From an uncultured Verrucomicrobiae bacterium (GTDB lineage Bacteria > Verrucomicrobiota > Verrucomicrobiia > Chthoniobacterales > UBA10450), in assembly GCA_963772365.1 (NCBI GenBank), contig CAVYXA010000001.1:704001-768000 (forward strand): a stretch of DNA of 64,000 bases, read 5' to 3'. The notes under the pieces are model-generated. The model did not search any database and was not told the origin of the DNA. It saw nothing but the letters and a program-made list of their open reading frames with translations. Every line of letters begins with the position of its first letter. Position 1 is the first letter of the stretch. Made by a program: the position numbers and the translations under genes. This document shows positions 56,748 through 64,000 of this stretch, piece by piece.

Positions 56748-57690
56748 CTTGCTTTGCTCCGTTGTCGATCTTGAACAGCGACGATACGGATTCGTCATTG
56801 TGAATCCGCTTGATCCCCTCGCCCAGAAGCTCGGAGACGCAAAGCACCGTGACTTTAAAGTTTTCCACGGTGCGCACCGGCGTGCTGTTGGTCGTTATTA
56901 ATTCCGCGATTTCGGATTTTTGCAACCGGGTAATTGCGACATCCACCAGCACGGCGTGGGCGACTCCGGCGTAAACATCCAGTGCGCCGTTCTTCTTCAA
57001 CAGAGCTGCCGCAGAACTCAGCGTGCCTGCGGTCTCAGTGAGATCATCTACCAAAAGCACATCGTGATCGCTCACGTCACCAATGAGATAAAGCGCTTCC
57101 GTCTCAGTCGGACTTTTTCGTTCCTTGGCCACAATGGCCAGATTTGCCCCAAGCGCGTCGGCATAGGCTGAAGCCATTTTCAGCCCACCGATGTCGGGCG
57201 AAACCACGACCATTTTCCCGGTCAATCGTTTTCGAAGATATTTGATCAAAACGGGGAGCGAATAGAGGTGATCGACCGGGATATCGAAAAAGCCCTGCAC
57301 CTGTTGCGCATGCAAATCCATCGTTAGCACTCGATCCACGCCCGAAGCGCGGAGAAGGTTCGCGACCAATTTTGCCGTAATAGGTACCCGTGGTTGATCT
57401 TTCCGATCCTGGCGCGCATAACCAAAAAAAGGAATTACAGCGGTGATTCTATCGGCGCTTGCCCGTCGGGCTGCATCCACCATAATCAGTAGTTCCATCA
57501 GGTTCTGATTAGTAGGCGGACACGTGGGCTGGATGATAAAGACGTCGTGCCCGCGAATGTTTTCCTCGATCCGGACGTATGTCTCTCCGTCTGGAAAAGA
57601 TTTAACCGTCGCCTGCCCCAGCGGCACGCCGATATATTTGCAGATGCGCTCGGCTAAGTCGCGGTTGGCCGAACCGCTGAAAATCTTCAT
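56731..57690 (-). CDS. prs: Ribose-phosphate pyrophosphokinase
   Basis: FPDGE, YARQDRK, DLHAQQ, VSPDIGG, VDDLTETAGT. Confidence 0.97.
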   Translation of the reverse strand: MKIFSGSANRDLAERICKYIGVPLGQATVKSFPDGETYVRIEENIRGHDVFIIQPTCPPTNQNLMELLIMVDAARRASADRITAVIPFFGYARQDRKDQPRVPITAKLVANLLRASGVDRVLTMDLHAQQVQGFFDIPVDHLYSLPVLIKYLRKRLTGKMVVVSPDIGGLKMASAYADALGANLAIVAKERKSPTETEALYLIGDVSDHDVLLVDDLTETAGTLSSAAALLKKNGALDVYAGVAHAVLVDVAITRLQKSEIAELITTNSTPVRTVENFKVTVLCVSELLGEGIKRIHNDESVSSLFKIDNGAKQDGKTS

Positions 57691-57869
57691 CTCGGGCTGG
57701 CGAGCAAACATGGCGGAGAGGGAGCTTTGCGTCCGGCGCCGAATTTGGCAACAGCAATCAGTGTGGTGTGACTTACTGAGCCCAATCCTCCTCGGAACGG
57801 GGCTCGGTCGTTTCCATAATAACTATAATTATAAGGTATAATTTCTGCTTCTATTTTGCTTCTAGTTCA

Positions 57870-58406
57870 ATGTTTCTAAGTCGGTCCCCACTTACTGCTC
57901 ACTCGCCGGTCCTTGGAAGGATCCGCCTTGGCGGACGATGCCTTAGAGAGCGGGCGGTAACGATCGTGGAAGTTGCTGTTGGCACGGCCCTCCTCGGGCT
58001 CGTCTCTGCCAGCGCGCTCGCAACGCTGATGATTCTCAACAAAAATTCCGTCAGCACACGGCTTATGACCAATGTACGCGAGGTGGTGCAGCGCAACATC
58101 GAGACGGCAATAGGTGTGCCGTTCAGCTCTGGAAATGCGCCGCCAATTTTGGCTATCACCTCGGCAAACGGAACAACCTGGGACGATGGGACAGGAAATC
58201 CTGTTCCGATCTACAAAAGCCGCGATTGGGACGACACGACTAACGCTGGCACGCTAAAGCTCACCGGAACGCTCACTCGAATCGTCACTGCTGAGCCAAA
58301 TACTCCCGGCGCAGATATTCGGCGAGTGACGTTTCGTGTCGATTATTTGCTCTATGGACGAGCGCTGAGTTATCAACTGACAACCATTCGGGCAATGGAC
58401 AAGTGA
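57870..58406 (+). CDS. Type IV pilin/pseudopilin-like protein (PilV-like)
   Basis: ERA|VTIVEVAVGTALLG: class III signal-like, with E5 but non-canonical residues at -1/+1. Confidence 0.7.
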   Translation: MFLSRSPLTAHSPVLGRIRLGGRCLRERAVTIVEVAVGTALLGLVSASALATLMILNKNSVSTRLMTNVREVVQRNIETAIGVPFSSGNAPPILAITSANGTTWDDGTGNPVPIYKSRDWDDTTNAGTLKLTGTLTRIVTAEPNTPGADIRRVTFRVDYLLYGRALSYQLTTIRAMDK

Positions 58407-59329
58407 AAAGGCACCCCAACCGAGCAAGAGTCCAGGCCGGATTTACGATGGCTGAATTAATGGTCGGCCTCGCCGCCTTCACAATCGCCGGCAGTATTGC
58501 CTATTCGATCCTCCTGAACTCGAGCTTCCTTTTTGCCAAAAACATTTCGGTAAATTCTTCCAATACAATCCTGCGGACGGCTCTCGATCGACTGACCGAA
58601 GAAATGAACCAAGGTTATGGTATCCCGAAGCTGATCAATTCTGACGGAACATCCGTAGCGTCCAGTGGACCCGCTCCCGGAATAACTTTTGATGATTACG
58701 TGGGGGGACCATACGTGGTGACGAACACCTTGGGCGGCACTGGAATACCGTCGAATGCAACGAGTTTTTTACTGAAGACGTGGGTTGATCCCTTTCCATT
58801 TCCACCCGCCCCTGTTTCCGATGACGCTGTTTGCATCGAAACTAGCATCGGCACGGTTAGGTTACGCGTTGCAAGTTGCAATTCGAGCCCCAACCCAGCA
58901 CCTAGCCCCCCGCCTGCTCCTTACACACGAATATCCACCGTCACTCTACCGTCCCCGATCGGAGGCGGCGGGATTGCATGGAGCGCTGGTACGGTTTTAA
59001 CCGGCTTTGTAGTTCACAAGAAAGCGCTTATCCTGGCAACCATTAACGGCGGCACCGAACTGCGTTTGTACGACGATGCCGAAGGTCTTGCCACAGCGTC
59101 AGATTACAGCAACGCCGCGAACTACGTCATCCTTACACGCAGCCTAAGCGGAACGAGCGGCGAAAACCAACCCTTTTCGCTCACGACTCAAAGTGGGCAT
59201 CAGTTTCTCAGTATCGCGCTGCGGGGGGAACATCAGCAGTACAACAGAGTCCTTTCGAACAAGCAGAAGGGTGAATTCAACACGTTCCTGCGAGTCGACA
59301 CCATGTCTTATCCAAGAAACGCCTACTAA
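58403..59329 (+). CDS. Prepilin-type protein (PilW-like)
   Basis: QAG|FTMAELMVGL canonical class III signal. Confidence 0.82.
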   Translation: MKRHPNRARVQAGFTMAELMVGLAAFTIAGSIAYSILLNSSFLFAKNISVNSSNTILRTALDRLTEEMNQGYGIPKLINSDGTSVASSGPAPGITFDDYVGGPYVVTNTLGGTGIPSNATSFLLKTWVDPFPFPPAPVSDDAVCIETSIGTVRLRVASCNSSPNPAPSPPPAPYTRISTVTLPSPIGGGGIAWSAGTVLTGFVVHKKALILATINGGTELRLYDDAEGLATASDYSNAANYVILTRSLSGTSGENQPFSLTTQSGHQFLSIALRGEHQQYNRVLSNKQKGEFNTFLRVDTMSYPRNAY

Positions 59330-59330
59330 C

Positions 59331-61211
59331 ATGAAAAAACTAAACACCCACCGCCAGAAGGCCTCAGCCCTTGTTGTTGCTCTGCTTGTTCTGTTCATCG
59401 TTGCCACATGCATCGGCACTGCCATCCAGGTTACGACTACAACAGTGAAACAAACAGAATCGAGTCGCGATTATTCCGCGCTACGAAGCGCGGCCGAAGG
59501 AGCGCTCGACTTCGCGTACGGGGTCTGGCTGAAGAATGTCAATCCCACCAGTTATAATTACGCCCCTGTTTCCAACAAGGCTCTCAACGACGCACTTGCG
59601 ACCGTGCCGTCGTTTAGCGGTTTTCAATACGACTCCAGCTCCGGATATACTGGTCCGCAAATCACCGGCATCGACCTCGGACAATATGGAAAGCCCTACG
59701 GTAACGCCAACGATACTCACACTCCGCCTTCCAGTACTATTTATCTCGATAAATATCCCGGATGGTTTGGCGTCCGTACAAGTTACCTGGCCAGCGTTCG
59801 CTTATTGGATTCAACAGCCCACAGCGGTCGAACGCCATCGTATAATGTCAAACGTGCAATGAGCTTCACCGTAATACCACTCTTTCAAGCGACTGCTTTT
59901 TTCGAAGACCGCTTAGAACTTTATAAAACAGCTCCAATGACCATCGATGGTCTGGTCCACACAAACGGGGAGGCGTACGTGAGCCAGGGAACTCCCGGTG
60001 GCTCGTTCAACAGTTCGCTCACATTCACGGGGAACCTCTCCTATGCTGGCGGCTACGTGGACGGTCAATGGGTAGATAGCAATGAGGTCACGCGAGATGC
60101 TCCGCCCGAAGCCTGGACATGGTCTGGTTACACAGCCAACAGCTCCTTTCCGCCGACTTATCCGACCGGATTTGATCAGCAAGTGAATCAAGTGAATCGA
60201 ATCGAGCCGCTTGGGCTGGACGCCACTACTGTTCTCGATCCAAACGACAACAACCCGAACAACGATTCCGCACGTGAGCTAATCGAACCACCAAACAGAT
60301 ACGTTCACTGGCCTGATCAGCGAATCCGATCCGACCAATCAGGAACGGATCCTCAGGCGATTGCTGATCGAAGAATTTACAGTAAGGCCGGGATTCTGGT
60401 CCAAATCAGTGGTTCCACCTATACGGTTACAGCAGCCAACGGTACAAGCTTTGGATCAACATCAGCTCAAAGAACGGCAACTATCAATGCGATTAAAAAC
60501 GGCCTTTCTCAGCAAACAATTTATGATCGAAGAGAAGGTAAAAGCGTTACGCTTACTTCACTCGACGTCGGAAGAGTAAACACAACCTTGAACGAGGTCA
60601 CTCACAACAGCACGTATGGTTACCTTTCCGGTTTCAATCAGATTCTTTACGTCTACGATGAAGGTTCCAGTGGCGCGGTGCCGCGAGCAGTCCGCCTGAC
60701 AAACGGATCGACGCTTCCTTCTTCTGGGCTAACGGTGGGCAGCGAAAACCCGGTTTATATTCAGGGAAATTATAACACGTCTGGGTCACGGGTTCCCTCG
60801 GCGGTGTTCGCCGACGCAGTGACTATTCTTTCCAACAATTGGAACGACCTAAACTCCGCTGGGCCGCTTTCTTCCCGAAGGGCGAGCGATACGACTGTCA
60901 ACACTGCCATTGTCTGCGGAGAAGTTCCGTCTGGCTGGCAAAATCCAGCAACAAATGAGACATACGGATACTCCGGTGGATTAAATAATTTTCCGCGATT
61001 TCTCGAAGACTGGACTCGCAAGGATTTCAATTACACAGGGTCGATGATAGAGCTTTTTGCCAGCCAAATTGCCACTGGCGAATGGGACACGGGGGCAATC
61101 TATGTCCCGCCAAATCGAAATTGGAGTTTCGACTCGAATTTTATAACAAACCCGCCACCGGGCAGTCTTACTGCCATCTCAATCGGGCGTGGTGCCCTGG
61201 TTCGCTTCTAG
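59331..61211 (+). CDS. PilX-like minor pilin with a large C-terminal domain
   Basis: QKASALVVALLVLFIV...AAEGALD N-terminus lacking E5; GLVHTNG; SENPVYIQGNYN; GGLNNFPRFLEDW. Confidence 0.78.
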   Translation: MKKLNTHRQKASALVVALLVLFIVATCIGTAIQVTTTTVKQTESSRDYSALRSAAEGALDFAYGVWLKNVNPTSYNYAPVSNKALNDALATVPSFSGFQYDSSSGYTGPQITGIDLGQYGKPYGNANDTHTPPSSTIYLDKYPGWFGVRTSYLASVRLLDSTAHSGRTPSYNVKRAMSFTVIPLFQATAFFEDRLELYKTAPMTIDGLVHTNGEAYVSQGTPGGSFNSSLTFTGNLSYAGGYVDGQWVDSNEVTRDAPPEAWTWSGYTANSSFPPTYPTGFDQQVNQVNRIEPLGLDATTVLDPNDNNPNNDSARELIEPPNRYVHWPDQRIRSDQSGTDPQAIADRRIYSKAGILVQISGSTYTVTAANGTSFGSTSAQRTATINAIKNGLSQQTIYDRREGKSVTLTSLDVGRVNTTLNEVTHNSTYGYLSGFNQILYVYDEGSSGAVPRAVRLTNGSTLPSSGLTVGSENPVYIQGNYNTSGSRVPSAVFADAVTILSNNWNDLNSAGPLSSRRASDTTVNTAIVCGEVPSGWQNPATNETYGYSGGLNNFPRFLEDWTRKDFNYTGSMIELFASQIATGEWDTGAIYVPPNRNWSFDSNFITNPPPGSLTAISIGRGALVRF

Positions 61212-61229
61212 ATTCCGGAAATCACAAAG

Positions 61230-61823
61230 ATGAAGAAATTCCTATCGGCTGGATTTTTACTTAGCACTCTTTCGACGAACGCTTACGCGCTCGACCTCAC
61301 TCCCAGGGAAATCCCGGCGGCCCACGACGGCCCTCCCGTAAAACGCTATTTCTTTCAGGATAGAGATAAGCGTGTGGTTTTCCGAGTCGACACAAACATG
61401 AGCGTCAGCGGAGAAAACAACATGGCGATGTTCCAATTTCGCGATTTGCCAGGCGCCGAGATGAAACTCATTCCATCGCCGAGACACCCGGACTTGCCGT
61501 TCGATGAAAAAGGTCTCGATGATTATCGTGCGGTCGCCCGTGGATTGGTCCCGGCAAACGCAACTCAGGTAGAATTCATCGAAGAGCGAGCCGAGGCAAT
61601 TCCTATCAACGGTTGGACGAGTTACGAGTTCGTCTTCATCTATAATCGGGCGGGCTCCCCTTGCCGCCACAGCATCACGTTCCTGAACTACACTGACAAG
61701 CAGCAGATTCTCGTGCAAGTGAGTGCTCATGGCGAAGATTTCGATAAGGCTTACGCCCGGGGTTATCACGTCCTCAATTCGCTGTCCGAGATGCAGTCAG
61801 CTGGCGCGGATGGTCCGACTTAA
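61230..61823 (+). CDS. Secreted hypothetical protein
   Basis: Signal peptide MKKFLSAGFLLSTLSTNAYA; co-oriented with the pilin-like cluster. Confidence 0.75.
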   Translation: MKKFLSAGFLLSTLSTNAYALDLTPREIPAAHDGPPVKRYFFQDRDKRVVFRVDTNMSVSGENNMAMFQFRDLPGAEMKLIPSPRHPDLPFDEKGLDDYRAVARGLVPANATQVEFIEERAEAIPINGWTSYEFVFIYNRAGSPCRHSITFLNYTDKQQILVQVSAHGEDFDKAYARGYHVLNSLSEMQSAGADGPT

Positions 61824-62007
61824 TCGGCGTTCCCGGCATCGCCAGCAGGCCATTCTGAAGCCTCAATCGTTCGGCCTGTGAGTTGTTGACAGCAAAATAG
61901 ATCAAAGTCATCAACCAAACTTTCCGATCGCATGATCTACAGTCAGGCGATTGGTTTGTTGCCAACGGCCGAACTTCCGGCAAAATTACTCCAGCCGCAT
62001 CGAACCC

Positions 62008-62955
62008 ATGAGCACGACCGACGTTATTCCAATTGAGCGTCCCACGACTAACTCGAAAATTTTCGCTCACTCGCGCTGGGATGTTCTACCCGCGGCGGCT
62101 GGGCTGTTCCATCTAGCGTATTTTATCGGTCTCTTCCTTCTCTATCCGCACGCGCCGCTCTGGCTAATGCTGATTCTGGGGTTCTTTTATTCCTTGATGG
62201 TCAATGCCAACATCAATGGAGTCGGGCACAACTTTATCCACAACCCGTTTTTCCGGTCGAAGTTTTTGAACCGATTTTTCGGCGTCACGCAATCGATCGC
62301 CTGCTGTTTCTCGCAAACAATGTACGACGCGGTTCACATGCAGCACCACAAAGGGAATTCAGATCTAAAGGATGAGAAAGGCGATACCATCGATTGGTTG
62401 TCGATCTACCGCCACGGCCACGAGGGCGAAGCAGAAAATCCGTGGCGCTACGTGTTTCTGAGTTTCTTTCGCGACGATGTCGGTGCCATTCGCAAGGAGT
62501 TGCGCAAACGTAACAACGGTGATGTCACCTGGGGAAATCTCGAGCTGGCGGCGTTCGCAGTCACGCTCTTTGTCATGTTCCTCTTCAACTGGCGTTACGT
62601 GATTTTCTTTTTCCTGCCGTTTTGGTATCTCGGTCACTGCTTCAGTTACTTGAATGGTTATTACCGGCATTACGGCGCTAATCCCGATAAACCTATTGCG
62701 TGGGGCGTGAGCAGTTACGGCAAAATTTATAACTGGCTGTTTTTCTATAATGGCTATCACGCCGAACATCATTTCCGGCCCAAAGTTCACTGGACTAAAA
62801 TGGAAAAGTTCCATCACAGCATTGTCGATCTTCAGAGGCGGGAAGGCGTTCGCACCATTCGCCGCGCGCATATGCTCGGCTTTTTGGATCCCAATCTACC
62901 CAAGCGCGGGCCTCGAGCATCCGCGATGGAAAACGCTGCGCCGTCAGCGCCTTAA
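62008..62955 (+). CDS. Fatty acid desaturase family protein
   Basis: His boxes HNFIH, HMQHH, HAEHH. Confidence 0.9.
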   Translation: MSTTDVIPIERPTTNSKIFAHSRWDVLPAAAGLFHLAYFIGLFLLYPHAPLWLMLILGFFYSLMVNANINGVGHNFIHNPFFRSKFLNRFFGVTQSIACCFSQTMYDAVHMQHHKGNSDLKDEKGDTIDWLSIYRHGHEGEAENPWRYVFLSFFRDDVGAIRKELRKRNNGDVTWGNLELAAFAVTLFVMFLFNWRYVIFFFLPFWYLGHCFSYLNGYYRHYGANPDKPIAWGVSSYGKIYNWLFFYNGYHAEHHFRPKVHWTKMEKFHHSIVDLQRREGVRTIRRAHMLGFLDPNLPKRGPRASAMENAAPSAP

Positions 62956-62973
62956 TTGCCGATTCTGACGGTT

Positions 62974-63261
62974 CTAATTCTTGGCAAAACTGGTGCGCAG
63001 TTTGACTTTTTTCGCCTCGCAATCTTCCTGCAAACGGCGAATCTCAGCCGCGAGTTGCTTTTCCAGCGATTCCACCTCATCAAATTTGCCGGCGCTTTGC
63101 GCTTTAGCGACTTGATCCTTTAGGAAAACTTCGCGCTCAGCAATTTTCGCTTTGAAAGTCGAATCAGTCTCGGCCAGCTGTTTTTTCTGCTCGTCTGTGA
63201 GCGCGACGCTACGCGCCGATTTTTCCAGCCGCTCCATTGCCAATTCGTAAGCCGATTTCAT
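62974..63261 (-). CDS. Small coiled-coil hypothetical protein
   Basis: MKSAYELAMERL...KIAEREVFL; clean ATG ORF. Confidence 0.75.
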   Translation of the reverse strand: MKSAYELAMERLEKSARSVALTDEQKKQLAETDSTFKAKIAEREVFLKDQVAKAQSAGKFDEVESLEKQLAAEIRRLQEDCEAKKVKLRTSFAKN

Positions 63262-63318
63262 ATCGATTTTTGCTCCCGCTCTTGCTCTTGCTCCTGATCC
63301 AATCATGGTAAATGCGCG

Positions 63319-64000
63319 ATGGAAATCAAACTCATTAGCACCGATTTTGACGGCACTCTGGTTGATCGCACCGGCGGCCCGGTGCTGGATCGACAATGCA
63401 TGGAGTTCATTCGCGATCTGCAAAGGAACGGCGTGATGTGGACAATCAACACCGGGCGGTCCGTCGATTTGCTCGAATCCGGTCTGATCGATTTCGCCGT
63501 GCCGTCGCGCCCCGATTTCATTTTAACCAGCGAACGCGACGTTTTTCGGCCTTCCCAAAATGGTGGTGCCTGGGAAGCATTCGGCGATTGGAATGAACGT
63601 TGTGCCCGCGATCATCGCGAGTTGTTTTCCACTGCTCAATCGATCCTCGCCGAGGTCATCGATTTCGTGAACCAGAAAACTCAAGCCCGCGTGATTTACG
63701 AGCCGGAAGGACCTGCCGGACTCGTTGCCCAGAGCGAAGAGGAAATGGACCGCGTAACGCAGTTCATCGAAGAAGCTCGCCAGCACCATCCCAAGTTTCA
63801 TTACCAGCGAAACACCGTTTACCTGCGTTTTTGCCATGCCGATTATCACAAAGGCGCGGCCCTGGCCGAGCTGGCGCGCTTGATCGAGATCCCGCGAGAA
63901 AACATTTTCGCGGCGGGCGATCATCACAACGACATCTCGATGTTGGACGGAAGATTTGCCGGTATGCCCGCGTGTCCCAGTAATGCAATCTCCGAAGTCA
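63319..64000 (+). CDS. HAD-superfamily (Cof/IIB-type) hydrolase, runs off the window end
   Basis: Own translation: MEIKLISTDFDGTL...INTGRS...HKGAAL...AAGDHHNDISML...CPSNA; not listed in the supplied ORF track. Confidence 0.9.
   Translation, partial: MEIKLISTDFDGTLVDRTGGPVLDRQCMEFIRDLQRNGVMWTINTGRSVDLLESGLIDFAVPSRPDFILTSERDVFRPSQNGGAWEAFGDWNERCARDHRELFSTAQSILAEVIDFVNQKTQARVIYEPEGPAGLVAQSEEEMDRVTQFIEEARQHHPKFHYQRNTVYLRFCHADYHKGAALAELARLIEIPRENIFAAGDHHNDISMLDGRFAGMPACPSNAISEV

Noticed and set aside
63270..63300. (TTGCTC)n short tandem repeat as a phase-variation tract
   Set aside because: It is short, degenerate and intergenic, and resembles the other simple repeats in the window (e.g. GTGACGA at 5358-5372 and 12668-12699); there is no evidence of function.

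Overview
A 64-kb bacterial chromosomal segment, probably from a soil Verrucomicrobiota (Chthoniobacterales / 'Ca. Udaeobacter'-like) genome. That placement is inferred from gene content, the prs-rplY-pth-rpsF-ssb order and the repeat types. Many genes (recR, lipA, hypE and others) carry single-base frameshifts that look like long-read assembly errors. 1-10.4 kb is an accessory defence/toxin-antitoxin region at the 3' end of thiC. It holds a large helical STAND/Avs-like protein, a putative HEPN protein, three TA-like pairs, an HNH nuclease and a truncated restriction endonuclease, and these cargo blocks are separated by two diverged relic copies of the thiC 3' end. 10.4-12.7 kb is thiC, loaded with in-frame repeats, plus its TPP riboswitch. 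14-37 kb is a redox/stress accessory block (PoxB-like, enolase-superfamily, FAD/Fe-S oxidase, ASRT, hypE, tandem msrB). 37-58 kb is mostly housekeeping (lipA, recR, clpX-like, rluD, hemL, tRNA-Cys, type IA topoisomerase, dprA, ssb, rpsF, pth, rplY, prs). 58-64 kb has a pilin-like cluster, a desaturase and a HAD hydrolase. Three signals stand out. (1) A serial 'thiC 3' end - REP - cargo' cassette array. (2) Recurrent 16-23-nt hairpin micro-insertions that land inside genes; one breaks a Walker A motif, and removing it restores the ORF exactly. (3) A 10-mer, AAGATCGACA, found at least 24 times on both strands and in several reading frames, which resembles a DNA-uptake-sequence-like motif.
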